Below the pieces are notes generated by a model. That model saw nothing but the letters and a program-made list of their open reading frames with translations. It had not been told where the DNA came from and searched no databases. A DNA stretch of 64,000 bases from a virus: IMG/VR virus record IMGVR_UViG_3300029876_000390, one strand, 5' to 3'. This document shows, piece after piece, positions 19,130 to 28,187 of this stretch. The position numbers and the translations under genes were made by a program. Positions within the stretch are counted from its first letter, which is position 1. Every line of letters starts with the position of its first letter.

Positions 19130-20401
19130 ATGAAAGCGACTGCTGAACTGAAGATGCTGCCGGTGTCCGTACTCAAGCCGGCCGCATACAATCCCCGGAA
19201 AAAGCTGAAGCCGGGGGATAAAGAGTACGAGAAGATCAAGAACTCCATCACGGAGTTCGGTTTCGCAGATCCTTTGGTGGTCAATGCCGACATGACGATC
19301 ATCGGTGGTCACCAGAGACTGACCGTAGCGATGGAGCTGGGATACACCGAAGTGCCTTGTGCGGTGGTGGACATCGACAAGACCAGGGAGAAAGCCCTGA
19401 ACATCGCACTCAACAAGATCACGGGTGCATGGGATGATTCTCTGCTGGCTGACCTGCTCAAGGACATCGAAGATTCCAACTTCGACCTCGGTAAGACAGG
19501 CTTTGACCCGCCTGAGATCGAGACGCTGTTCAACAAGGTCCACAGCAAAGAGGTCAAGGAAGATGACTTCGATGTGGAATCGGAGCTGAAGCAGCCGTGC
19601 TTCTCCAAAGAGGGCGACCTCTGGCATCTGGGTAAGCACATCGTTCTGTGCGGCGATTCCACCAAGCCAGAATGCTACGATACCCTGATGGACGGCACCA
19701 AGGCCAATCTGGTTCTTTCCGATCCCCCTTATAACGTGGATGTGGAAGAAACGGCTGGCAAGATCCTGAATGACAACATGGGCGATTCGGAATTCTACCA
19801 GTTCCTGCTGGCAGCGTTCCAGCAGATGCACGGGCATCTGGCGGATGACGGCTCCATCTATATCTTCCATGCAGATACGGAAGGGCTGAACTTTAGAAAG
19901 GCATTCAAGGATGCAGGGTTCTACCTGTCCGGGTGCTGTATCTGGAAGAAGAATGCTCTGGTGCTGGGACGCAGTCCATACCAGTGGCAGCACGAGCCGT
20001 GTCTTTACGGCTGGAAGCAGAAGGGGAAACACCAGTGGTATTCCGACCGGAAGCAGACGACCATCTGGGAGTATGACCGGCCGAAGTCCAACAAGGACCA
20101 TCCGACCATGAAGCCCATCGGCCTGATGAGCTATCCGATCCGAAATTCCACCATGACCAACGGCATCGTCCTCGATCCGTTCCTTGGCAGCGGTTCTACC
20201 CTGATCGCCTGCGAAGAAACCGACCGTGTGTGCCGAGGCATCGAGCTGGACCCGAAGTTCGTGGATGTGATCGTGAAGCGTTATATCGAACACAGCGAGG
20301 GTCACTACGATGATGTGTATGTCATCCGTGACAGTCAGAAGCTGAAGTTCGAGGAAGTGGCGACCTTCGAGCCGGAAAGGGAGGTCGCTGATGGAGAATA
20401 A
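19130..20401 (+). CDS. ParB-like nuclease domain fused to DNA methyltransferase (N6-adenine / N4-cytosine class, DPPY motif).
   Basis: ParB N-domain motif IIGGHQRL; methylase motif IV LVLSDPPYNV and AdoMet-binding region LDPFLGSGST. Confidence 0.8.
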   Translation: MKATAELKMLPVSVLKPAAYNPRKKLKPGDKEYEKIKNSITEFGFADPLVVNADMTIIGGHQRLTVAMELGYTEVPCAVVDIDKTREKALNIALNKITGAWDDSLLADLLKDIEDSNFDLGKTGFDPPEIETLFNKVHSKEVKEDDFDVESELKQPCFSKEGDLWHLGKHIVLCGDSTKPECYDTLMDGTKANLVLSDPPYNVDVEETAGKILNDNMGDSEFYQFLLAAFQQMHGHLADDGSIYIFHADTEGLNFRKAFKDAGFYLSGCCIWKKNALVLGRSPYQWQHEPCLYGWKQKGKHQWYSDRKQTTIWEYDRPKSNKDHPTMKPIGLMSYPIRNSTMTNGIVLDPFLGSGSTLIACEETDRVCRGIELDPKFVDVIVKRYIEHSEGHYDDVYVIRDSQKLKFEEVATFEPEREVADGE

Positions 20402-22520
20402 ACAGCTGACCCTCGGCAGCCTCTTTGATGGCTCCGGGGGTTTTCCATTGGGCGGGCTTTTGACCGGGCAGATCACTCCGGTGTGGAGCAGTGAGATCGA
20501 GCCGTTTGCCATCCGGGTCACGACCAAGCGTCTGCCGCAGGTGAAGCATTATGGAGATGTGTCTACTATCAGCGGTGCAGACCTACCTCCTGTAGACATC
20601 ATCACTTTTGGCAGTCCCTGTCAGGATATGTCCATCGCGGGTAAGCGGGACGGTCTGGATGGTTCACGGTCCAGCCTGTTTTACGAAGCAATCCGAATCG
20701 TGAAGGAAATGAGGTGTAAGACCAATGGAGAAAAACCAAGATTTATCGTGTGGGAGAATGTGCCAGGGGCCTTCTCCTCAAACAAAGGACAGGACTTCAA
20801 AGCAGTCCTCGAAGCCGTCATCAGTGTTAAAGAACCGTCCGCCTCGGTGCCTGCGCCTGAGAAGAAAGGATGGCCTGACGCTGACTACTACGTGGGAGAC
20901 GGATGGAGCGTCGCGTATCGAGTTTTTGATGCACAATGGTGGGGCGTTCCCCAAAGAAGAAAACGTATCTACCTTGTCGCAGATTTTGCAGACCAGAGTG
21001 CCCCAAAGGTATTATTTGAGTCCGAAGGCATGTCTCGGTATTCTGCGGAGGGCTTCCGTGCGTGGCAAAGAGCTGCCGCCGTTGCTGAAAGCGGCGCTGG
21101 AGAGACAGGCTGCAGTGGAGCAGGAGGACGGCTCTGTCTGAACGATCAGGGCGGAGAGAGGATGGATGTGACGGAAGAGGTGACAGCCACCCTCCGTGCG
21201 GAGGCACATCATCCGCCGTGTGTTATGGAAGCCGCTGGTTTCTGTACCGAGCATTCCGCAAATGCCAGAAGCATTGGATACGAAGAGGAACGGTCACCGA
21301 CCCTCCGGGCTGGTGTTGTGCCTGCTGCCATCGCACTGGAAAATCATCCTGCTGACAGCCGGGTGAAGATTTCCGAGGATGGTAAGGTGCAGACACTGAC
21401 AAGTCGGTGCGGTACGGGCGGCGGTAATGTCCCGATGGTCATGGACGCTGTTGAAAATTCAGTGGAAAGCCCGGTGAAAGAAGTTGAAAACTCTCCGGCG
21501 GTCACATTGAAGATCCGTTCCGGGTGTGAAGGCGGTGGCAAGGGCGCTATCTGGCAGGAAGAAAAGTCAGCTACCCTCGGCTGCAACAACGACCAGACAC
21601 TGTTCGTTCCAAAATGCTACGGTGTCTGCTCTAAAGCCAGCCACTCCATGATGTCCGATAATCCGTATAGCGGCTTCTATGAAGCGGAGACCTCCCGGAC
21701 ACTAGACCGCAGTGGTGGAGATCCGACCTGCAATCAGGGCGGTATCTGCGTGGTAGAGCCGATCGCCTTTACCCGGAACCAGAGGGATGAAGTCCGGGAT
21801 CTGGGAGAGAAGTCAGCGGCACTTGCAGCAGAGCCGGGGATGAAGCAGCAGACCTTCGTCCTGCAGGGCAACATGATCGGCCGCAAGGATGAGAACGGTC
21901 CGCAGGGGGATGGCGTCAATGAGGATGTCTGCTTTACACTGGATGCCACTGACCGCCATGCAGTCTGCGCACCGGAGGATGTGTATGCCATGACCACCGG
22001 CTCCTATATGCAGGTGGCAAAAGAAGTCGCACCGACTCTGATGGCGCGGGATTACAAAGACCCGACCACCATCGCACCGGCACCGCATCTGAACGAGGGT
22101 GTTATGGGAACGGTGGCAACTGGGGCGCATCCCAGCGGCTTCAATGGGCAGGATGCTTTCAATGACCGTCTGGTCATCGACAACCCGGAAGCGCAGCCGA
22201 CACCTGTGACCTATACCGTCCGCCGTTTGACACCGACCGAGTGTGCCAGACTGCAAGGATTCCCGGACTGGTGGTGCAGAGATCTCGGAACGGAAAACCC
22301 GACCGAAGAAGAGCTGGCATTCTGGGCAGATGTGTTTGAAACACACCGCAAGATCGTGACCCATGCCAAGAAGCCGAAGACGGAGAAGCAGATCCGGAAA
22401 TGGCTGGCTGACCCGTATACGGATTCGGCAGAGTACCGTATCTGGGGCAACGGCATATGCTTAGCCAACGCATTTTTTGTTCTGGCCGGCATTGCATGGT
22501 GCGCAGGTCTGGAAGAATAA
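20391..22520 (+). CDS. DNA (cytosine-5)-methyltransferase with a long variable / target-recognition region.
   Basis: Motif I LFDGSGGF, motif IV GSPCQDMS, motif VI FIVWENVPG, C-terminal motifs after a roughly 350-aa variable region. Confidence 0.8.
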   Translation: MENKQLTLGSLFDGSGGFPLGGLLTGQITPVWSSEIEPFAIRVTTKRLPQVKHYGDVSTISGADLPPVDIITFGSPCQDMSIAGKRDGLDGSRSSLFYEAIRIVKEMRCKTNGEKPRFIVWENVPGAFSSNKGQDFKAVLEAVISVKEPSASVPAPEKKGWPDADYYVGDGWSVAYRVFDAQWWGVPQRRKRIYLVADFADQSAPKVLFESEGMSRYSAEGFRAWQRAAAVAESGAGETGCSGAGGRLCLNDQGGERMDVTEEVTATLRAEAHHPPCVMEAAGFCTEHSANARSIGYEEERSPTLRAGVVPAAIALENHPADSRVKISEDGKVQTLTSRCGTGGGNVPMVMDAVENSVESPVKEVENSPAVTLKIRSGCEGGGKGAIWQEEKSATLGCNNDQTLFVPKCYGVCSKASHSMMSDNPYSGFYEAETSRTLDRSGGDPTCNQGGICVVEPIAFTRNQRDEVRDLGEKSAALAAEPGMKQQTFVLQGNMIGRKDENGPQGDGVNEDVCFTLDATDRHAVCAPEDVYAMTTGSYMQVAKEVAPTLMARDYKDPTTIAPAPHLNEGVMGTVATGAHPSGFNGQDAFNDRLVIDNPEAQPTPVTYTVRRLTPTECARLQGFPDWWCRDLGTENPTEEELAFWADVFETHRKIVTHAKKPKTEKQIRKWLADPYTDSAEYRIWGNGICLANAFFVLAGIAWCAGLEE

Positions 22521-22741
22521 ACTGGCCCGCTATATTACTAGGTAGAAAGCGACCTGGTGATATGGTGGGCTTACATATTGGTCCTATTTACACAACAGAT
22601 TCTGCAGTTCCTTGTGTAATTGGTCGAACATGAAGAATATCGGGAAATGGCCTTGCTATTTGACCGGTTCAGAGTGATATATGTGCTACCGAAAAAAACA
22701 TCGGGACGTACAAAGACAAAAAACGAAAGGGGCAATGAATT

Positions 22742-23833
22742 ATGTTGAAATTTGAATTGAACATAGCAGACCGTAAGACACTTGCAAATCGCATGGAGGA
22801 GCTGATGGGCATCCATCCTTACTACACCAGAGCACCGCTGTACGCATATGACATCGGCAACTACACCATCGACCGGGACGGCAATCTTCTGGTCGAGCCG
22901 GAGAATGCAGATGCCGAGCTGCTGACGACTCTGTTGAATGAGGGGTTGATCCGCGGCGGCGAGAGCATTGAGAGCACGGATGACCAGCCGGAAAACACAG
23001 AGCCGACTGAAAATTTGGCAGATGAGCCTGTGGCCGAAGAGGAGCCGGATGATACGGCAGAGGATGGTGCAACAGAGGATGAGCCGGATGCAGAGGAATC
23101 GGAAAGCGAAGAGCAGCCGGAAGCAGAAGACCAGCCGGAAGAAGTACCGCTGGATCTGGAACTTGCCTTCCCAACCAGCCAGCATAACGGAGTGAGCCTT
23201 CGCAATCTGGTCAACCTCATCTACAGCCGGGGCCGACTCATCAGCAAGGCAACGGGCGGGCACTTCCATGTGGAAACCGACCTGGTCGAAACACTGCGGG
23301 ATGACAGCTGCACCTATACGGTGGCAAACTTCATCGAGGCACTTAAGGGTTACGAAGCACAGTGTGGAACTGCGATGGAAGGTCTGGTGATCACAGAAGA
23401 AAAGGTTTCCTTCACAGGATTCCCGACGGCTTCCGACTATGATCACCTGACGGCTTTTGGTCACCTTGCCATCCTGATGAACCAGCAGGCGATCAGCCAG
23501 AAGCGCATCCAGGCAAAGGATGTCAACGATGAGAATGAGAAATACGCACTCCGCACATGGCTTCTGCGGCTGGGCATGAATGGCCCGGACTTCAAGGAAA
23601 CCCGCAAGATTCTCATGGAGAACCTTTCCGGCCATGCGGCTTTCCGCACGGATGAGGAAGCACAGAAGTTTCTTGCAAGGGAAAAGGCAAAACGGGATGC
23701 CCTGAAAGCCGCGAAACTGGCGGCACAGAACGGCGATCCTGCCACAGGGGAAACGGTCGAACAGGAAGAAAACCAGCCGACACAGCCCGACTGTGGGGCA
23801 GACACGGCGCAGATGCTGGAGGCGGGAGCGTAA
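22742..23833 (+). CDS. Hypothetical protein with an acidic linker and a C-terminal module shared with the downstream amidoligase.
   Basis: C-terminal NDENEKYALRTWLLRLGMNGPDFKETRKILMENLSGHAAFR aligns with amidoligase C-terminal TDNEKYAMRCWMLRLGFIGDEFATAREILLRNMEGNASWR. Confidence 0.55.
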   Translation: MLKFELNIADRKTLANRMEELMGIHPYYTRAPLYAYDIGNYTIDRDGNLLVEPENADAELLTTLLNEGLIRGGESIESTDDQPENTEPTENLADEPVAEEEPDDTAEDGATEDEPDAEESESEEQPEAEDQPEEVPLDLELAFPTSQHNGVSLRNLVNLIYSRGRLISKATGGHFHVETDLVETLRDDSCTYTVANFIEALKGYEAQCGTAMEGLVITEEKVSFTGFPTASDYDHLTAFGHLAILMNQQAISQKRIQAKDVNDENEKYALRTWLLRLGMNGPDFKETRKILMENLSGHAAFRTDEEAQKFLAREKAKRDALKAAKLAAQNGDPATGETVEQEENQPTQPDCGADTAQMLEAGA

Positions 23834-23989
23834 GCTCCCAAGCCCCCAATGGGGGCCGGAAAATATGCGAGACCCTCTTCCATTGTAACGATATTAACTC
23901 TGAAAATGTACATTATCAAGCGGATAAACTGCAGAAATGTACACGATCATTCTGCCTTATATTTGTCGAATATATGTTCTTTTATATCC

Positions 23990-24018
23990 TTGCTATTATC
24001 CGCACCTGACGGTAATAT
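23990..24018 (+). promoter_or_regulatory. Conserved promoter cassette copy 1 (TTGCTA-N17-TAATAT) upstream of the amidoligase.
   Basis: ccTTGCTAttatccgcacctgacggTAATATgcacataccgaaaggg; same architecture and leader as six other copies. Confidence 0.55.
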
Positions 24019-24065
24019 GCACATACCGAAAGGGAAAACAAGGAAAAAACAAAGGAGAACATACC

Positions 24066-25004
24066 ATGAACGATAAAACAAGAGAGCAGATTGAAGCCAT
24101 GAAGAACCAGACCATCGGAGTTGAGATCGAGATGAACAACATCACCAGAGAAAAAGCGGCAAGAAAGGTTGCCGAGTACTTCGGAACCAGAGCATGGAAC
24201 GCAGCCAGCGAGTACGGATATTACAGCTGGGCTTGCAAGGACCAGCAGGGCAGGGTTTGGAAATTCCAGAGGGACGTGAGCATCTACGGACCGGACGCAG
24301 AAAAATGCGAACTGGTCACCCCGATCCTCACCTACGACGACATCGAAACCTTGCAGGAAATCATCCGACTGCTCCGCAAGGCAGGCGCAAAGAGTAGCCC
24401 AAGCCGCGGATGCGGGGTCCACATCCACATCGGCAAAGGCGACCACACCGCAAAGACCATCCGCAACCTTGTGAACATCATGGCGGCGCACGAACAGCAG
24501 ATAGGCAGAGCCATCCGGATTGACGCAGGGCGCACCGGACATTATTGCCAGGTGGTCAACCACCGCTTCCTCGACCGGCTGAACCGCGAGAAGCCGACCA
24601 CCATGCGCAAGCTGGAAGACATCTGGTACGAAGGCAACGGTTCCAGCTGGGAAAACCGGAATGCCCACTACAATTCAAGCCGGTACCACATGCTGAACCT
24701 CCATGCCACCTTTACAAAAGGGACCATTGAATTCCGCCTTTTCCAATTCGCAGACCCAGCGGACGGAAAGCGCAACGGGCTGCACGCCGGTGAGATGAAA
24801 GCCTACATCCAGCTTTGCCTCGCAATGAGCCAGCTTGCCAAGATGGTCAGAACGGCAAGTCCGAAGCCCCAGCAGACCGACAACGAAAAGTACGCGATGC
24901 GGTGCTGGATGCTGAGGCTGGGATTCATCGGGGATGAATTCGCAACGGCAAGGGAGATCCTTCTGCGGAACATGGAGGGCAACGCATCCTGGCGGAACAA
25001 ATAA
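24066..25004 (+). CDS. Amidoligase_2 family enzyme (glutamine-synthetase-like amidoligase fold).
   Basis: About 310 aa; segments IGVEIEMNN, CGVHIHIGKGDHTAKTIRNLVNIMAAHEQQIGRAI and HYNSSRYHMLNLHATFTKGTIEFRLFQ are consistent with the putative amidoligase family. Strong RBS AAAGGAGAACATACC before ATG. Confidence 0.65.
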   Translation: MNDKTREQIEAMKNQTIGVEIEMNNITREKAARKVAEYFGTRAWNAASEYGYYSWACKDQQGRVWKFQRDVSIYGPDAEKCELVTPILTYDDIETLQEIIRLLRKAGAKSSPSRGCGVHIHIGKGDHTAKTIRNLVNIMAAHEQQIGRAIRIDAGRTGHYCQVVNHRFLDRLNREKPTTMRKLEDIWYEGNGSSWENRNAHYNSSRYHMLNLHATFTKGTIEFRLFQFADPADGKRNGLHAGEMKAYIQLCLAMSQLAKMVRTASPKPQQTDNEKYAMRCWMLRLGFIGDEFATAREILLRNMEGNASWRNK

Positions 25005-25071
25005 GCCGGGATGCACGGGCACCTTTTGGGCGGGCAACCGCCCTTGAGGTGGTAGAAGGAGGTGCAGGTTT

Positions 25072-25308
25072 ATGAAAAGCACGTTAAAAAATGAAAACAC
25101 ACCGGGAGGCAGGACCTTTAAGGTGACCATCACCGAGACCTACCAGAGAACGGTGACCATTTATGAATCTGAGATGAAAGAGCCGACCGTGGAGGAAGCC
25201 CAGCGTGTGGCAGAGGACTGGTGGCGGAACAGCCAGATCGAGCTTGGGACGGAGGATTTCCAGGGAGTGGAGTTCACTGGCAGGGAGGACGGTGAGGCAG
25301 ATGCTTGA
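25072..25308 (+). CDS. Small hypothetical protein between the amidoligase and the cyclotransferases.
   Basis: 78-aa ORF, RBS GGAGGTGCAGGTTT before ATG; its stop overlaps the start of the next gene. Confidence 0.45.
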   Translation: MKSTLKNENTPGGRTFKVTITETYQRTVTIYESEMKEPTVEEAQRVAEDWWRNSQIELGTEDFQGVEFTGREDGEADA

Positions 25309-25822
25309 ACTGATCAGCCGAAGCCCATCCAGATATTACCTTGCCTACGGAAGCAACCTTGACATGGAGCGGATGGGAAAGAGATGCCCTTACGCTGTGG
25401 TGGTCGGCACGACCGAGATCATGGGCTACCGGCTCCTGTTCAAAAAGAGCAAGACCGGCTGCTATGCCACCATCGAGCAGGATGCCAATGAAAGCGTACC
25501 AGCAGTGGTCTGGAAACTCTCGGAATACGATGAGCTCCTGCTGGACCGGTACGAGGGCTGCCCAAGATACTACTACAAGAAACAGTTTCAGCTTCCGGTC
25601 TGGAACCTGAACGGGAACCGCATGAAAAAGGCAAAGCCCTGCATCGCTTATGTGATGCACGAGGACCGGCGGCTTGGCTGCCCGGATGCCGAGTATTTTG
25701 AACTGCTGCGCGGCGGATACAGCGACTGGGAATTTCCGCTGGACACACTGAAGCGTGGACTGGCAGCTAGTATCGGAAGGGCGGAAGCCATCCGGTATCT
25801 GAAGAAGCAGCAGATGATGTAA
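25301..25822 (+). CDS. Gamma-glutamyl cyclotransferase-like protein (AIG2 / GGCT fold), copy 1.
   Basis: YYLAYGSNLDMERM N-terminal motif and LDRYEGCPRYYYK core typical of the AIG2/BtrG/GGCT family. Confidence 0.7.
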   Translation: MLELISRSPSRYYLAYGSNLDMERMGKRCPYAVVVGTTEIMGYRLLFKKSKTGCYATIEQDANESVPAVVWKLSEYDELLLDRYEGCPRYYYKKQFQLPVWNLNGNRMKKAKPCIAYVMHEDRRLGCPDAEYFELLRGGYSDWEFPLDTLKRGLAASIGRAEAIRYLKKQQMM

Positions 25823-25952
25823 GAGTACACGATCAAAAGCAAAAAACATTGTGCAGTATATGATGCTTATCGGCCTTGATAAATCAGGGCAGAAGAGTGA
25901 TATATACCATACCGCCAGACAAGAGCGGAGAAAACCGAAGGGAGAGATTCAA

Positions 25953-26432
25953 ATGAAGAACAAGAAATATTACATCGCCTACGGCAGCAACCTGTCGGTG
26001 GAGCAGATGGCATACCGGTGTCCGGATGCAAAAATTGCAGGACAGGCGGTGCTTGCAGGCTGGGAGCTTTTGTTCCGCGGCTGCGCCACCATCGCACCGA
26101 ACCCGAAGAAGAACACGCCGGTTCTGGTGTGGGAGATCTCGGAAAGGGATGAAGGAAACCTCGACCTCTATGAGGGCTACCCGAACTACTACCGCAAGGA
26201 AGACCTGAACATCGAACTGCTCCGGGAAGGAGCGGAACCGGAGATGGTGACCGCAATGGTCTACATCATGGAGAACGACTTCGGACACCGCGCACCGAGC
26301 CGGTATTACTACAAAGTCCTGCATGACGGCTACAAGGCATTCCACTTCCCGATGCACATCCTCGAAGGTGCGCTGAAGGAATGCATGGATAAGGATGCCG
26401 CCCAGCGGATGATCGAGGAGGTGCAGGCATGA
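25953..26432 (+). CDS. Gamma-glutamyl cyclotransferase-like protein (AIG2 / GGCT fold), copy 2 (paralog).
   Basis: YYIAYGSNLSVEQM and LDLYEGYPNYYRK motifs; paralogous to 25301-25822. Confidence 0.7.
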   Translation: MKNKKYYIAYGSNLSVEQMAYRCPDAKIAGQAVLAGWELLFRGCATIAPNPKKNTPVLVWEISERDEGNLDLYEGYPNYYRKEDLNIELLREGAEPEMVTAMVYIMENDFGHRAPSRYYYKVLHDGYKAFHFPMHILEGALKECMDKDAAQRMIEEVQA

Positions 26433-26896
26433 ATTTCGCAGATCAGAAAATGGTCAAGAAGTTGAGAAAAGAGTTTCCGGTCGGATGCCGGATCGTCCTC
26501 GATGAGATGGATGATAGGCAGGCACCGCCCATCGGAACGCAGGGAACCTGCAACTGGGTCGATGATGCCGGAAACATCTTAGTGAGCTGGGACACCGGAA
26601 GCCATCTGAACGTTGCCTACGGCGCGGACAGTTGCCACCGTGTGGCAACGGATGCCGAGGTCAAGGTGTCGCTCGACCGCCTTGGTAAAACGCGACAGAC
26701 CGGCCCACGTTGCCCCAGGTGCGGAGCAAAGCCCGACTGCTATGACCATCAGCAGCAGGCACTCAGCCGAAGGGCGGCCATCCAGATCTGCAACCGCTGC
26801 GGAACGGAGGAAGCATTAGAGGACATTGCATGGGGCGGACAGCAGAAGATGCATCTTGCAGACTGGGCAATCGTGAAAGGAGCCTGGGTCGAATGA
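26429..26896 (+). CDS. DUF4314-like protein with C-terminal zinc-ribbon-like cysteines.
   Basis: GTQGTCNWVDDAGNILVSWDTGSHLNVAYGADS matches the DUF4314 pattern (V.DdG.I.V.WD.G); CPRCG...CNRCG pairs follow. Confidence 0.5.
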   Translation: MNFADQKMVKKLRKEFPVGCRIVLDEMDDRQAPPIGTQGTCNWVDDAGNILVSWDTGSHLNVAYGADSCHRVATDAEVKVSLDRLGKTRQTGPRCPRCGAKPDCYDHQQQALSRRAAIQICNRCGTEEALEDIAWGGQQKMHLADWAIVKGAWVE

Positions 26897-27264
26897 GGGT
26901 TCTCCTGATCAAACCGATGGAGCATCCGCAGGTGGTGGACATTGAAAACTCCCTGAAAGAGTTCTACCGCATCCTCGACTGCGACTGTATCACAGCCACC
27001 TACCCGTGGGAAGAACGAGCCGCCCTGGTCACCGATGACAACGGGCTGTTCACTGAGAAGTCATTCAGCAGATACATCCCGGAACTGGAGCAGCCCATCA
27101 AGGGGAACTTCTTCATCTGCGGATTGGGCGAGGAAGATTTCGCAGAGCTGCCCCAGGACCTCATCCAGAAATTCAGGGAACGCTTCTGGGTGCCGGAGGC
27201 ATTCGTCAGCATGTTCGGGCAGCTGGCAGTCATCCAGATGGATGACGGAACGAAGCCGGAATAA
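26893..27264 (+). CDS. DUF3846-like protein.
   Basis: ATGA-coupled to the upstream DUF4314-like gene, a pairing common in Clostridia; about 124 aa. Confidence 0.45.
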   Translation: MRVLLIKPMEHPQVVDIENSLKEFYRILDCDCITATYPWEERAALVTDDNGLFTEKSFSRYIPELEQPIKGNFFICGLGEEDFAELPQDLIQKFRERFWVPEAFVSMFGQLAVIQMDDGTKPE

Positions 27265-27335
27265 GATACCACAATCAGAAAAATACCCTCTCGGCCAGAA
27301 AAGACCGGGAGGGCTTGGTTTAACAGGAGGAGCCT

Positions 27336-27527
27336 ATGGGACACAGAAAGATGCCTGCTTATGGCGAGAGGGAACACGGCGGCAGATACATTCTGGATAA
27401 ATACGAATGGTCGAGAAATCACTGCAAGGCGGTGACCATCCGCAGATGGAAAAGGGACCTGAAAAAGAAAGCCAGAGCGCATAACCGCAGAGTGATGCAT
27501 CAGGCAATACATGGCGAAGCCGATTAG
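27336..27527 (+). CDS. Small basic hypothetical protein.
   Basis: RBS AACAGGAGGAGCCT before ATG; 63 aa, Arg/Lys-rich. Confidence 0.4.
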   Translation: MGHRKMPAYGEREHGGRYILDKYEWSRNHCKAVTIRRWKRDLKKKARAHNRRVMHQAIHGEAD

Positions 27528-27726
27528 ACGGAAAATGGGGGCCTCAAAAGAATGAGAACCCCCTTCCAGTTTACTGTATATTACCTCTGGAAAGCAACGA
27601 TAGCAAGGAGAACCGCCGCCATAATGTACACAAACATCTGGCAGCGGTTTTGTGTATCATACCAAACCAAAACCGGGGATACGAGGCAGAGCCCCAGCCT
27701 CTGCTGGGGAGCCTCTGGGGGATTCC

Positions 27727-27978
27727 TTAGAAGAAATCCCTCATGCTCATGCCGACCTCGTTCAGTCGTTCCTCCATGCTGTGGTAGTGCCAATCCTCTT
27801 CCTCTTCTTCGGCTTCTTCCTCAAGCTCCTCTGGGAAAGGGTCGTGCCGCCATCCGGCTTTCTGGTATTCTTCTTCTCGGATGTCGTTGCGGTCGTAAAT
27901 GTCCAGCTCGTATTCTTCTTCAAGCTCTGCGATGCGGCTTTCGATTGCGGTTTCAACTTCTGTAATGGTCTTTTTCAT
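27727..27978 (-). CDS. Small highly acidic protein (possible DNA mimic); the only minus-strand gene in this island.
   Basis: Minus-strand RBS GGAGG 8 nt upstream of ATG 27978; sequence contains EELEEEAEEEEEDWHYH. Confidence 0.5.
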   Translation of the reverse strand: MKKTITEVETAIESRIAELEEEYELDIYDRNDIREEEYQKAGWRHDPFPEELEEEAEEEEEDWHYHSMEERLNEVGMSMRDFF

Positions 27979-28127
27979 GGTTTTTGTCCTCCGTTTTTGG
28001 TTTGGTTTTCTTTGCTTTCGTTGTGTGTATAATGCCGCAGAAACACATATATAGCAAGTCAATCAGGGGTCATATATGTACCAAACATGAGGGGCGAAGA
28101 TCGTTGATAATATGACGTTTTATGGCC

Positions 28128-28156
28128 TTGCTATCACAGGGCGGTGACGGTAATAT
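28128..28156 (+). promoter_or_regulatory. Conserved promoter cassette copy 2.
   Basis: ccTTGCTAtcacagggcggtgacggTAATATacagctac. Confidence 0.55.
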
Positions 28157-28187
28157 ACAGCTACAAAAAGCAAAGGAGGACAGCAAA

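Noticed and set aside
18620-20527. 635-aa reverse-strand ORF opposite the ParB-methyltransferase gene.
   Set aside because: The + strand ORF has ParB and DPPY methylase motifs; the minus ORF is a compositional artefact.
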